From positions 434,001 through 498,000 of IMG/VR virus record IMGVR_UViG_3300028654_000001: a stretch of DNA of 64,000 nt. One strand, 5' to 3'. Position 1 is the first letter of the stretch; each line of letters opens with the position of its first letter. The notes under the pieces were generated by a model. The model had not been told where the DNA came from. It saw only the letters and a list, made by a program, of their open reading frames with translations, and made no database searches. The position numbers and the translations under genes were made by a program. Shown one piece after another: positions 31,367 to 40,527 of this stretch.

Positions 31367-31501
31367 ATTGGGTTACTATTGCCAGTGGATTATCCCCGTT
31401 CTGGCCCGGAGTAACCACCGGTATTGGCAGCGATTGTACATTACTCTCTAGGTTCACGCGTAGTACCCAGATCATCTGGCCTAAGGCATTGCCAGATCCA
31501 G

Positions 31502-31574
31502 TGGATCGGAGGAGAGTTGAACTCCTGCTCTCTCCCGTGCGAGGGGAGCGTTTTCCCAATTAAACTACCGACCC
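31502..31574 (-). tRNA. tRNA-Ala(CGC)
   Basis: CT CGC AC; G3:U70. Confidence 0.88.
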
Positions 31575-31586
31575 CATGAAGTTTAG

Positions 31587-31686
31587 TGCCGAGTGCATTG
31601 CCGAGTCGAACGGCTTCTCAATCCAGAGCGAGGGAGGAAATGAACCTCCACAGGGCGTCCCCTGCACGACCAATCATACACTCGAC
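31587..31686 (-). ncRNA. Unclassified tRNA-like RNA
   Basis: Long terminal stem GTCGAGTGTAT/ATGCACTCGGC, T arm gccg-TTCGACT-cggc, two internal hairpins. Confidence 0.5.
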
Positions 31687-31687
31687 A

Positions 31688-31764
31688 TGGTGGAAGTGAA
31701 GGGACTCGAACCCTCAACCTTTGGCTTGCAAAGCCACTGCTCTCCCAAATTGAGCTACACCCCC
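31688..31764 (-). tRNA. tRNA-Ala(TGC)
   Basis: Cloverleaf, G3:U70, CCA. Confidence 0.92.
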
Positions 31765-31767
31765 ATA

Positions 31768-31977
31768 TTACTGGTCAACAATCTCTACTTCACTCTCTTT
31801 CCACCAGTAGAGTGGAAAGTCCAACATCACATACCCTATGTAAGGTGGGTGATTTGGCATACTTGTAACAACTCGTGTACTGGGTAATGGCTTTTCGATA
31901 TCAAGCCCATTACGTAACAGGTAGTTATTCCAGGCCTCGGGTTTAATCTTTACGAGTGTACCTACTGAAAGATCCAT
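31768..31977 (-). CDS. Hypothetical protein
   Basis: GGTGTA upstream. Confidence 0.6.
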   Translation of the reverse strand: MDLSVGTLVKIKPEAWNNYLLRNGLDIEKPLPSTRVVTSMPNHPPYIGYVMLDFPLYWWKESEVEIVDQ

Positions 31978-32175
31978 ACGGATCTATACACCATATCAGT
32001 GATAATTATCAGGACGCTGACAACTACTATCATGATGAAGATACTCACCTTGATAGCACCAAGAATCACAGTAACCACAGACTTGAACGGTGGGTTCCTT
32101 TTTGGGTTCCGACTTATGTTCCTTCAAAATCTCTGCTTCCATGGTAACCTCAACTGAGTCACAAAAAAAGAAGAT

Positions 32176-32419
32176 TGGTGGACAGGATCGGAATCGAACC
32201 GACAATCAACACATTGACCTCTTAGGACAACACGCTTCCCTAGCGACCTGGGGTCTCCATGCCATTCGGTGCTTCTGAAACCTTGGTCAAACCTTCCAGA
32301 GTTGTCAAGGCCCGAGCCGCGCCCTGCCTCGCTCCCCTCTTTCCAGCTATGCGTTGGGGAGTCAACCCAATCACAACCTTGTTTTTAGTGGTGCCTTCCC
32401 AATTTAGGCTATCCAGCCC
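32176..32419 (-). ncRNA. tRNA-Ala-like RNA with ~170-nt structured insert replacing the anticodon arm
   Basis: GGGCTGG/CCTGTCC-ACCA with G3:U70, D arm and T arm intact. Confidence 0.6.
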
Positions 32420-32901
32420 ATAGTGGAACATGCCGGACTCGAACCGGCCACCTCTTGCCTGCCAGGCAAGCGCTCTCCCAGATGAGCTAATGCCCCATTC
32501 TTTCTACCGTGACCTACGTTAAGAGACCCAAATGTTGGGGTAAGCGAGTGACAGTTTGGACATAAGAAGGTCAGGTTGGTTTCGATTGAGTTGTGAGGAT
32601 TTCCGTCTAGGTGCTCAACATTCACAGGGACCTTACCTGTTACCGGGTTCTTCTCAGCCCAATCACACCTAGTACAGTTTTCTCCGTACTTACTTATGAG
32701 GTACCTGCGAACATGACTTGAGACCCTAAGGTCTCGGCCATGACTGATGTTACCTGTTTCAAGACCCGACTTCCATCGATCAATGTACTCAAGGTACTGT
32801 TGCTCAAGCTGGCAGTAGTTCGAACAGTACTTGCTCCTGAGGTTGGTGACAGATTTGCCGCATATTGGGCATGGTTTTCTATCCCTACGGGGTCTAGCCA
32901 T
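32404..32901 (-). CDS. HNH endonuclease reading through tRNA-Ala(GGC)
   Basis: CPICG, YCSNYC, VEHLDGN...NLTFLCPNCHSLT. Confidence 0.85.
   Translation of the reverse strand: MARPRRDRKPCPICGKSVTNLRSKYCSNYCQLEQQYLEYIDRWKSGLETGNISHGRDLRVSSHVRRYLISKYGENCTRCDWAEKNPVTGKVPVNVEHLDGNPHNSIETNLTFLCPNCHSLTPTFGSLNVGHGRKNGALAHLGERLPGRQEVAGSSPACSTMGWIA
32424..32496 (-). tRNA. tRNA-Ala(GGC)
   Basis: Cloverleaf, G3:U70. Confidence 0.9.
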
Positions 32902-32943
32902 GCTTTATGGAGAGCATAGGTGAATTACCAGACCGCTCTCACA

Positions 32944-33432
32944 TTACTTACGAATCTTGGACATGAGCTTTCGACCCATGTTCATCATGTGCATACCTAC
33001 AACCTCTGGATCAGCTACAATCTCTTTCAATTCAACTAGCTTTGAAAAGTCTGGCTTACCACTGATTGTGAATGGTATGTATGACATGCTGATAGTTGTC
33101 ATCTCTCCACGAATCCCTAGGTGCATCGCTATTGAGTCAACGGGTTGGGGTGGGGCAAAAAAGTAATAGATCTCATGTAAACGCGCTGAAGCGTTCACTG
33201 AGTATTTATCCCCAAGAGTCTTCCGAAACAAGTTCAGCAAATTAGGTAGGAGTAAGTTTACGGACTCCTTAGCCAGAGCAAAAATAGGTTTATCACCAGA
33301 GGGGGCAAAAGCTAGCTTGTCCTGAAACCTAGAGAAAACCCAATCAGGGATTGGTGGGTTCCACCCTGACATGGCTACCCGGAAGTTCCAGCTGGCGACA
33401 ACTCTTCTAACTAGAGGATCCATTCTAGCCAA
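32944..33432 (-). CDS. Hypothetical protein with RVVASW motif
   Basis: 162-aa ORF. Confidence 0.65.
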   Translation of the reverse strand: MARMDPLVRRVVASWNFRVAMSGWNPPIPDWVFSRFQDKLAFAPSGDKPIFALAKESVNLLLPNLLNLFRKTLGDKYSVNASARLHEIYYFFAPPQPVDSIAMHLGIRGEMTTISMSYIPFTISGKPDFSKLVELKEIVADPEVVGMHMMNMGRKLMSKIRK

Positions 33433-33451
33433 GGAAGGCTATAGATAGTTC

Positions 33452-33667
33452 CTACTTGCTGTACTTCCGGATGTGATGCACAACCCCTTGAGGGTCATAT
33501 TGATCAAAGTAATCAGCAACTTGCTCACGCTCCGTGTGAAGTTCAGCAAGCTCTTTGATTGTCAACTTGCGGTGATTGCGAATGCCATCCGTTGTTTGGA
33601 GCATACACATTCCACAGCAGCCCTTGATTCCAGCTCTACGCCGGTGATTCCGTTTGAAGTTTGCCAT
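33452..33667 (-). CDS. Small basic Cys-containing protein
   Basis: MANFKR...CCGMC; SD GGAG. Confidence 0.6.
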   Translation of the reverse strand: MANFKRNHRRRAGIKGCCGMCMLQTTDGIRNHRKLTIKELAELHTEREQVADYFDQYDPQGVVHHIRKYSK

Positions 33668-33713
33668 GAGATCTCCGTGCCGCCGTCAGCGGCTTGAACG
33701 TGATCTCAGACAA

Positions 33714-33789
33714 TGGTTGGGATGCAGGGATTCGAACCCCGATACACGGCACCAGAAACCGCGGCCCTAGCCAGTTAGACGACATCCCA
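33714..33789 (-). tRNA. tRNA-Gln(CTG)
   Basis: Cloverleaf, CCA. Confidence 0.9.
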
Positions 33790-33794
33790 ATGCG

Positions 33795-34031
33795 TTATGA
33801 ACCTTGAAGGAAGCCAGCGAGTAAGTCAAGTTGATTTGTTCTAGGTAGTGGCTTGAGTAACTCGAGCTCCGCCTCGAACTCCCTCAAGGGGGCTAGAGCT
33901 GCTTCTAGATCCACATCCACTACATCTTCGGACACTGCCCTTAGTGAAGAGGCCCAGCAGGCATAGCTGCAGTATTCGGCTCTAGGATAGACAACCGGTC
34001 TGACACCACACCACGGACAAGGTCTCTTCAT
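33795..34031 (-). CDS. Small Zn-finger protein
   Basis: CPWCG...YCSYAC. Confidence 0.55.
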   Translation of the reverse strand: MKRPCPWCGVRPVVYPRAEYCSYACWASSLRAVSEDVVDVDLEAALAPLREFEAELELLKPLPRTNQLDLLAGFLQGS

Positions 34032-34041
34032 AGGACATTAG

Positions 34042-34114
34042 CAGGGGCACAGAGACTCGAACTCATGATTGGCGGTTTTGGAGACCGCTTTCCTACCAAT
34101 TGAAAGATACCCCT
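34042..34114 (-). tRNA. tRNA-Trp(CCA)
   Basis: CT CCA AA. Confidence 0.9.
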
Positions 34115-34150
34115 AGAGTTACACCAAGTAATTGAAACAAGTAAAAAGGT

Positions 34151-34229
34151 TGGCGGAGCTGATGGGATTCGAACCCACGATCTATACCTTGACAGGGTAC
34201 TGGGGACGGCCGGACTCCCCTACAGCTCC
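34151..34229 (-). tRNA. tRNA-Asp(GTC)
   Basis: CT GTC AA, G73, CCA. Confidence 0.9.
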
Positions 34230-34264
34230 GTAGTATCACCACAATCGCCAGAATCGCTATCCAT
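34220..34264 (-). CDS. Asp-rich mini-ORF MDSDSGDCGDTTEL* ending inside tRNA-Asp
   Basis: Strong SD AAAGGAG; four GAT codons. Confidence 0.5.
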   Translation of the reverse strand: MDSDSGDCGDTTEL

Positions 34265-34283
34265 AAAGCATCTCCTTTCGTTT

Positions 34284-34820
34284 TCAGTAATCGTAATAGG
34301 AACTCTCCCTAGGGAGTTCCAGGTGGTAAAGCTTCAACTTCGCAACATTAGAGGGTGCGTGAGTGTACTTCGAGAACAGGTCCCAGGCATGAGTAAGCCC
34401 GCAACCAGGACGTTTCTCTGGCCAGGGTTGGATATTATCCCAGATCCTCTCGAGACGAGTAGGTGGAGGGATATGTTCCTCGTGGAACAATAGAAGGAAC
34501 TCTGGCTTGAGCAAAGGATCACTTGGCTCATTGTAGATCTTCATCCCGTAGCCGCCGAACATCCCAGTGCAGGTCATCTCGATGGGAGGGTCATACTCTT
34601 CAATGAGTCGGATCACCCTCTCGAACTCTGCGGTCTCGTAGGCCTGAACAACAGGCTTGGAGAACCCACCCTTCTCGTAAGGGTAGTACTTGTTGTGAAG
34701 CTCTTTGAGCCACACCACAGCTTCATCAGGGAAGGTGCTCAATACAGAGTGTCCATTGAGAAAAGGTCTCCGTACTTTGAGTCCCTCACCATACAGTAAG
34801 GAGGCGTAGGGTGCCCGCAA
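34284..34820 (-). CDS. Hypothetical protein (start uncertain)
   Basis: Long ORF between RNA genes. Confidence 0.55.
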   Translation of the reverse strand: MRAPYASLLYGEGLKVRRPFLNGHSVLSTFPDEAVVWLKELHNKYYPYEKGGFSKPVVQAYETAEFERVIRLIEEYDPPIEMTCTGMFGGYGMKIYNEPSDPLLKPEFLLLFHEEHIPPPTRLERIWDNIQPWPEKRPGCGLTHAWDLFSKYTHAPSNVAKLKLYHLELPRESSYYDY

Positions 34821-35008
34821 TTGCAGATTGGAGCAACCAAGCCCCTCATTGTACCCTGTACGAAAGGGATCGTAGTCTCAGTCATCTTTCCACATTTGTA
34901 ACAGGGGTAGCTAAATGGTTCTAGGTCATAACGCTTTGCCCAGAGCTTAGGGTCTACCCCGTAGCAGATCAACCGATGAGGTATTGGAGGGTAGCGTCTA
35001 CGTGCCAT
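34739..35008 (-). CDS. Small Zn-ribbon protein
   Basis: CYKCG...CNCGH from ATG 35008. Confidence 0.55.
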   Translation of the reverse strand: MARRRYPPIPHRLICYGVDPKLWAKRYDLEPFSYPCYKCGKMTETTIPFVQGTMRGLVAPICNCGHPTPPYCMVRDSKYGDLFSMDTLY

Positions 35009-35017
35009 AAGAGTTAC

Positions 35018-35148
35018 GCGGAGACAAGAAGTGCAGGGACTGTTTTGGGACCATTGCTCTGCCAGTTGAGCTACGCCTGCCAAAGCTGACGACGGGAATC
35101 GAACCCGCAACCCACGGTTTAGATTGTAGTCTCTACGATATTCTCCGC
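35018..35148 (-). ncRNA. Y RNA-like gene with permuted tRNA domain
   Basis: GCGGAGAAUAUC...GACUACAAUC...CUUGUCUCCGC; T arm then D arm. Confidence 0.78.
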
Positions 35149-35152
35149 ATAG

Positions 35153-35224
35153 TACCCCCGACAGGAGTCGAACCTGTGACCTTGAACTTAGGAAGTTCCT
35201 GCTCTTCCTCTGAGCTACGAGGGC
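35153..35224 (-). tRNA. tRNA-Arg(CCT)
   Basis: TT CCT AA. Confidence 0.88.
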
Positions 35225-35347
35225 GTTATTTAAGTGAGTAGAAAGAATTAAGCCACCTCGAAGATGGTGGTTCTTGAACTTTACCAAAAGGTTTGGCGGT
35301 CACCCAGATAGAGGCTGACTTTTTACCATCAACCTCAGAATAAGGTA

Positions 35348-35686
35348 CTACATATACACCGTCGTTTCGAGGCAAGGGTTTTTGTAAAGAACCGCAGGGA
35401 TAGCCTCTAACCACCCGTGCATGATAGCAGGCCTCAATCTCTTTAGGTCTAATCGACGGGCAAAGTGCTTTTCATCAACGTAGATAAACTCATCATCACC
35501 ACCCGTTCTATAAAGGATGGCTCCCTGCTCCAAGGTTGTGTCCTCATGCCCAACATGGAAGGTTTTCGTAACACGAAAGGCTGCAGTCTTGGACAACCTA
35601 ATGCCCCATGTTGGGTCGAGTCCTGGGACTCGATTCACATCAGGTGGGATGAAACTAGGCATCGTAGGCAGTTTGAATCTTATCAA
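35348..35686 (-). CDS. Hypothetical protein
   Basis: Co-oriented ORF. Confidence 0.5.
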   Translation of the reverse strand: MIRFKLPTMPSFIPPDVNRVPGLDPTWGIRLSKTAAFRVTKTFHVGHEDTTLEQGAILYRTGGDDEFIYVDEKHFARRLDLKRLRPAIMHGWLEAIPAVLYKNPCLETTVYM

Positions 35687-36008
35687 ACCGATCCCAATCA
35701 GTCCAGGGGAGATACCCTTTTGCGAGAGCCCAGCCTATTTTGGCTCGGCCTAAGACCTCCCTCGTCACGAGGGATAGTCGATCAAGGTCTTCCTTCGGAA
35801 GGGTTCCCTTGGAGATTGACTCCCTGAGATCTTTGAGCTTGATCACCCACCACGGGTACGGGTCCTCCTCGTTGTCAGTGACGTACCCAATCTCTAGGAG
35901 CTTGGGGTCATCATTGAGGAGGATGTTACCACCGTGCTGCTTGACATACTCCAAGATGGAGTTGCACATCTCGAAGAAGTCAGTGCATCTAGTCTGAGTC
36001 ATTGGCAT
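35655..36008 (-). CDS. Hypothetical protein
   Basis: ATG 36008 after GGTGTA. Confidence 0.6.
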   Translation of the reverse strand: MPMTQTRCTDFFEMCNSILEYVKQHGGNILLNDDPKLLEIGYVTDNEEDPYPWWVIKLKDLRESISKGTLPKEDLDRLSLVTREVLGRAKIGWALAKGYLPWTDWDRFDKIQTAYDA

Positions 36009-36129
36009 ACCTAGAACCAGTACACCAAAAGAAGTATGTGGATTGAACCCCACGACGCATCTCAAGCCACCCCTCACCACTCTTCACCCAGACCCTGATG
36101 ATGTCTCCTTTGGCTAGAGGACTTTTAGG

Positions 36130-36420
36130 TTACCTATTAGGCTTACTCTTGAACTTTGCAGCAAGTCTTCGAGCTGCATCCAAGAAAGAATTATCGTTAT
36201 TGTCTGAAGTCTCTGTTTTACCTTTACACTCTAATAGATAACCATCAGTAACTGAGGTGACTTTGGTTGGTCCAATAACGATTTGAAGTGCTTGCTTGGC
36301 CGCCTCCCGGATCCCCTTGCTCCGTCGAATAACCTCATACTCCTGATCGAACGTTGTCTCTAGGTTATGCTTAGCTGCAAACCTAGAGACAACGTTGGAG
36401 ATACTAACCACGTCTTCCAT
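36130..36420 (-). CDS. Hypothetical protein with NVVSRFAA motif
   Basis: CTTATAGG motif upstream. Confidence 0.6.
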   Translation of the reverse strand: MEDVVSISNVVSRFAAKHNLETTFDQEYEVIRRSKGIREAAKQALQIVIGPTKVTSVTDGYLLECKGKTETSDNNDNSFLDAARRLAAKFKSKPNR

Positions 36421-36463
36421 AACAAGGAAATCCTATAAGTGAGAAATTGACTGAACCATAAGT

Positions 36464-36541
36464 TGGGGTGATGTACGGGTATCGAACCCGCCAATATAAG
36501 GGCCACGACCTTACCCCGTCACCATGCTGGGTCACACCACC
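36464..36541 (-). tRNA. tRNA-His(GTG)
   Basis: G-1:C73, CCA. Confidence 0.88.
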
Positions 36542-36563
36542 ATAAAGTTGTTAGGGATTAATC

Positions 36564-37433
36564 TCAGGGGTTGAGCCCAAGACGTTCTGGATGAGGTTCC
36601 CAAGAAGTTAGTTTACTGCTAACCAAAGCACGGACACTGGATACCTCTCGAATCTGAGCTTTTTCATGGCTTATAACCATCTCCCGGTAGCGTTCCCAAT
36701 CTACAGGAGAGGTATCTTTTCTAGTGTAGGCCTTCAGGAATCCGATGACTAAAGTGTCTTCCTCATCTCGTTCAAGTCTGCCGAGTCGAACATTGAGATC
36801 CTTCAGAAAAGAGTCCAATTGGATGAGGTACTCTTTGGTTCCTTCAGCACTAAGCTCGAAAGGTGGCCACCCGTTACCGAAACACTCCCCTTGAAGGTAC
36901 CCTGTCCCAGGACGTTTGTATCCGTGAAGAACGACCCCGGGCATTGACCGATCACCCTTCTTGGCTCTTGGAAGCAGCATGAAGGGTCTGAAACAACACG
37001 GACAGGTTGCCCTGCCAACTCGAGCCCTCTCCTCACGCTCTTGCTTCTTCCTCTCGGTCTCAGCTTCGTAGGACTCCATCTGCAGAGCTTCGAGTACTTG
37101 ATCCTGGAAGTGATTCTTCGTCAACCACTTCTCTAGGGTCTCACCCTCAGCGTTTCGAATGATGAATAGGTACTCCCTCCCGATGTAATCGAAGAAGACT
37201 CCAGTCTCGAATACAGCTCCGTTTGGGGCAGTGAACTTGGTTCCTCCCCTGAGGGGCTCGATTGTCCAACCAAGATAGTCGAAGACTGGCCATAGCTCCT
37301 TGAGTGTTTTCCCTAGCTTTGGATTCTTTCGAACCCAGAGTAAGAGCTTTGTCATCTTCTCTGGATCCAGAGGTCTCTTACGAGCAGCCGCTTGAAAACG
37401 ACGGGCCACTCTCTGGACAATAGGATCTTCCAC
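36564..37433 (-). CDS. Hypothetical protein (CPCC...HGY...C) with RVARRF motif
   Basis: 289 aa, CTTATAGG upstream. Confidence 0.7.
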   Translation of the reverse strand: MEDPIVQRVARRFQAAARKRPLDPEKMTKLLLWVRKNPKLGKTLKELWPVFDYLGWTIEPLRGGTKFTAPNGAVFETGVFFDYIGREYLFIIRNAEGETLEKWLTKNHFQDQVLEALQMESYEAETERKKQEREERARVGRATCPCCFRPFMLLPRAKKGDRSMPGVVLHGYKRPGTGYLQGECFGNGWPPFELSAEGTKEYLIQLDSFLKDLNVRLGRLERDEEDTLVIGFLKAYTRKDTSPVDWERYREMVISHEKAQIREVSSVRALVSSKLTSWEPHPERLGLNP

Positions 37434-37471
37434 ACCAAGAAGTACCCTATAAGTGAAACTTGATCAAGTAG

Positions 37472-37554
37472 CGGAAGAGAGCAGAGTCGAACTGCGGTCC
37501 TTACGGGCATCCAGGTTTCCAAGCTGGCGGGCGACCACTCACCCCATCCCTTCC
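37472..37554 (-). tRNA. tRNA-Ser(GGA)
   Basis: Class II, TT GGA AA. Confidence 0.8.
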
Positions 37555-38061
37555 ATTTGTCCGATTACCCACACCACAAGTCCAAGAACCAAATAAACCA
37601 GACTCTCGAACTAATCGAAGAAATGGACTCAATAGAATCCAAGCCTCATAAGGCATATCTCTTCTTATGTAGTTACATCGTATACAACACGGTATTACAT
37701 TGGACTCAAGATGCCCAAGTGAGTTACCTCTACGATCCAAAGTCATTTTAAGTGAGGTCTCACCACAATACTGACACTCTTGTGAGATTAACTTCTCGAT
37801 AATCTCTTTGGTCAAGTCATTTGACCGCCCTGCCCTCCTATCTGACTGTTTAGAGTCCTTGAGTATGAACCCGGATCTGAATCTAGGATTAGCTCTTCGA
37901 TCCCGATCAAGTCTATTATACATATCCCTAATTCGTTGGTTATCTCGATAGATCTTAGCAGTACCCTCCTTCTTCAAGTAGTAGCACTTCCTACAGACAG
38001 CACTCTTATCGTAAAAAGGCTCATCTGGGGTTTCTTCTTTACCACAAGAGCAGACTCGCAT
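37501..38061 (-). CDS. HNH-like endonuclease ending inside tRNA-Ser(GGA)
   Basis: CQYCG, LDR...GH...NVIPCCIRCN; ATG 38061 after GGTGTA. Confidence 0.8.
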   Translation of the reverse strand: MRVCSCGKEETPDEPFYDKSAVCRKCYYLKKEGTAKIYRDNQRIRDMYNRLDRDRRANPRFRSGFILKDSKQSDRRAGRSNDLTKEIIEKLISQECQYCGETSLKMTLDRRGNSLGHLESNVIPCCIRCNYIRRDMPYEAWILLSPFLRLVRESGLFGSWTCGVGNRTNGRDGVSGRPPAWKPGCP

Positions 38062-38077
38062 ACTAAAGTTACACCAG

Positions 38078-38162
38078 CGGAAGGCAGACGATTCGAACGC
38101 CATAGTGTTACCTACGCACCGCTCAGCAGGCGGGCTCCAGACCAGATCCAGATTTACCTTCC
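38078..38162 (-). tRNA. tRNA-Ser(GCT)
   Basis: Class II, CT GCT GA. Confidence 0.82.
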
Positions 38163-38335
38163 ATAAAGTTTGGCAGGATCTCATTATTGGGTGCGCACCC
38201 TCAGAAATCTTGCTGGATCGGACCCTCAAGACCGACTGCCATTCAGCTTCCGCTTCCCTCATCTTACAAGAGTTCAGCAGCTTCAGCCCAAGTCAGGTAA
38301 CAGAGGTAAGATGATCCCTGATGATTCGGGCTTAG

Positions 38336-38423
38336 CGGAAAGTGTAGGAATCGAACCCTTACCCCTTACGAGGTACCCACCAGTTTTCGAAGCTGGTTGC
38401 CATCCGGTTAGCTGGCACCTTCC
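38336..38423 (-). tRNA. tRNA-Ser(CGA)
   Basis: Class II, TT CGA AA. Confidence 0.85.
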
Positions 38424-38436
38424 GTAAAATTGTGAT

Positions 38437-39207
38437 CTAAATCTCGAGATCATCTAAAAGAGACTCTAGGTCACCTTGGATGTACTCGAAGATCGACTGG
38501 TTGCCATCAAAGTACTTAGTCACACCCTGACCAACCTTGGTCTCTACTACATCAGTGCTAATCTCTTCAAAGTTAGATGGAAGTGCATCCTCCCACTCAT
38601 CATAGTTAGTAGGAAGGTTGTGTATCCACTCCTTGAAGAAAGCGAAACTACCGTAATCATGGTCAGAAGGTGAGAAGTCTGGGATGTAGCTATGAACCTG
38701 ATCCAGAGCCCTCTGTTGTTTAGAGAAGTCTAATGACTTCAACCAACTTAGATCCTCCTCTGTAGGAGCATCCTCAGGGAATGACCCAATACGATCTATC
38801 AGATCGTTCCGATCAAAATCAACAAGTACTTTGGCTATAGGAGAATCATCAATATCACTGTAGATATCGTCAGCATTGAAGTCATATCGTTGAAGAAGAA
38901 GCCCGATTAGCTTAAGTTCTCGCTTGAGTTCTTTTTGTAGGTTGGGTAAGTCAGAGGGATCATCTATTAAAGACTTGAATCGATGAGTGTATTCCTTGTC
39001 TAACTTCTTCAACCTAGAATCAATGTCCAGGAGTTTTCTGGTCTTATCACTCAAGGGTTTCGAGTCGAACGCTTTACTCATGGTATCTAATAAAGAGAGA
39101 GGCCCCGATAGATTCCACTCCTTGAATGTATACCAAGCTAGATTGAGTCTTCGGACATCAACCGCAGCTTTATACCTAGCAACCACCCGAGAAACTAGAG
39201 AACTCAT
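38437..39207 (-). CDS. Acidic hypothetical protein with RVVARYKAA motif
   Basis: 256-aa ORF. Confidence 0.7.
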   Translation of the reverse strand: MSSLVSRVVARYKAAVDVRRLNLAWYTFKEWNLSGPLSLLDTMSKAFDSKPLSDKTRKLLDIDSRLKKLDKEYTHRFKSLIDDPSDLPNLQKELKRELKLIGLLLQRYDFNADDIYSDIDDSPIAKVLVDFDRNDLIDRIGSFPEDAPTEEDLSWLKSLDFSKQQRALDQVHSYIPDFSPSDHDYGSFAFFKEWIHNLPTNYDEWEDALPSNFEEISTDVVETKVGQGVTKYFDGNQSIFEYIQGDLESLLDDLEI

Positions 39208-39235
39208 ATTGTAGATCTGAATACGAAAAGAATAG

Positions 39236-39307
39236 TCGGGGTGGTCAGACTTGAACTGACGGCCTCATGCTCCCAAAGCACGCGATCTACCACTGATCTA
39301 CACCCCG
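39236..39307 (-). tRNA. tRNA-Pro(TGG)
   Basis: Cloverleaf. Confidence 0.9.
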
Positions 39308-39370
39308 GTAACGATTACTCTTCTAGCACTTGGAGGGCAGGGTACCACATTACCCATCAAGTGGTATTAG

Positions 39371-39454
39371 TGCATCAGAGAGGACTTGAACCTCCACGGG
39401 TATTACCCCACTTGCACCTCAAGCAAGCGTGTTTGCCAGTTACACCACTGATGC
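39371..39454 (-). tRNA. tRNA-Leu(GAG)
   Basis: Class II. Confidence 0.9.
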
Positions 39455-39511
39455 ATATGTTAGTAAGATATGTCTAGGAAACCAAAGGTTTAACCCAAAC
39501 AAAAAAAATTC

Positions 39512-39620
39512 AAGGAAAAAGCCGCTAAGTCACCCCTGACAAGGGGTGCATAAGACTCGTTTTCAACCATAGAATGTAGTCCCACACAGTATTCAGGGGC
39601 TACTTAGCGGCTATTTCCTT
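39512..39620 (-). ncRNA. Minimal Y RNA-like gene with extended stem followed by a U tract
   Basis: CCCCUGAAUAC...GGACUACAUUC...CUUGUCAGGGG inside a ~19-bp outer stem. Confidence 0.68.
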
Positions 39621-39624
39621 AAAA

Positions 39625-39860
39625 GTTTGACCTCGACAAGTGGTGACAGAGAGGGTTTTTGTGGCCTACACATTGATGGCCCATCTTTCGATGGGTGACA
39701 TCCGTTCGTCCCGAGCCTTCGGCTCCCGACTAGTCTAAGTAGACGAGAGTCTCTGAGCCCTTGTTAAAGGGGCTACTGGCTCCATCGCTAGTCCCTCACG
39801 GGGCATCGCTACCTTAGGACCGTTATCGATTGTACTCCTTGTCGGTATTCGAGGTCGAAC
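39625..39860 (-). ncRNA. Large (236 nt) Y RNA-like gene with multi-hairpin domain
   Basis: GACCUCGAAUAC...GGAGUACAAUC...CUUGUCGAGGUC; own GGTGTATA promoter. Confidence 0.72.
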
Positions 39861-39940
39861 GAGATATACACCGATCTGATACCCAAGTGCAATAGGGAAA
39901 GTTGTCGGGGTGAAAGGATCTTCAACCTAGGTCAGCTAAT

Positions 39941-40017
39941 TGGTCAGGGCAGCCAGAGTTGAACTGGCGATCTTGTGTTCCCGAAACACACGCTTTACCA
40001 GGCTAAGCTATACCCTG
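39941..40017 (-). tRNA. tRNA-Pro(CGG)
   Basis: TT CGG GA, CCA. Confidence 0.88.
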
Positions 40018-40527
40018 AAGAGATAATTTCCCCTCGTGCACCCCAGCGTGACAGTTTCTACATAAGAGCACACAATTTTGAAGTTCTTGCTCTATCCGTT
40101 GCCAAGACCAACCCCTCCAACCTGAAAAGTTTGGGTCTTTCTTGCTAGGATCAAGGTGGTGCATATCTAGAGCTGACTTAAAAACATCAAACCCACAAAT
40201 ACGACAGTTACCACCGAGGTAAGCTATAACCTTACCCTTCTTTTCTTGACCCTTAGTTATGCAGTAATTATTGTGACACCTACCGCACACTTTTAGCTTA
40301 TGCCCATAAAACTTGGTGAGGTCGTCTTCACCACAGTATATACACTTGCGGGGTTTCCCATTAGGGTTTGGATCATTCGGAAGTTTTCCATATGGGCCTC
40401 GTTTGGTATGAAGCTCATACTTATTAAGCCAATATCTAACATTTGTGAAAGAGGTGTTTAGATCTATGGCAATCTGCCTTACACTCTTCCATTGCTGAAG
40501 ATGTAGGATAAGAACTTCTTTTTCCAT
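40003..40527 (-). CDS. HNH endonuclease ending inside tRNA-Pro(CGG)
   Basis: N-terminal HTH, GGNCRICG, ALDMHHLDP, CVLLCRNCH. Confidence 0.85.
   Translation of the reverse strand: MEKEVLILHLQQWKSVRQIAIDLNTSFTNVRYWLNKYELHTKRGPYGKLPNDPNPNGKPRKCIYCGEDDLTKFYGHKLKVCGRCHNNYCITKGQEKKGKVIAYLGGNCRICGFDVFKSALDMHHLDPSKKDPNFSGWRGWSWQRIEQELQNCVLLCRNCHAGVHEGKLSLQGIA

Noticed and set aside
38170-38260. Additional tRNA
   Set aside because: tRNA-like ends but no T loop or consistent cloverleaf; at best a degenerate remnant.
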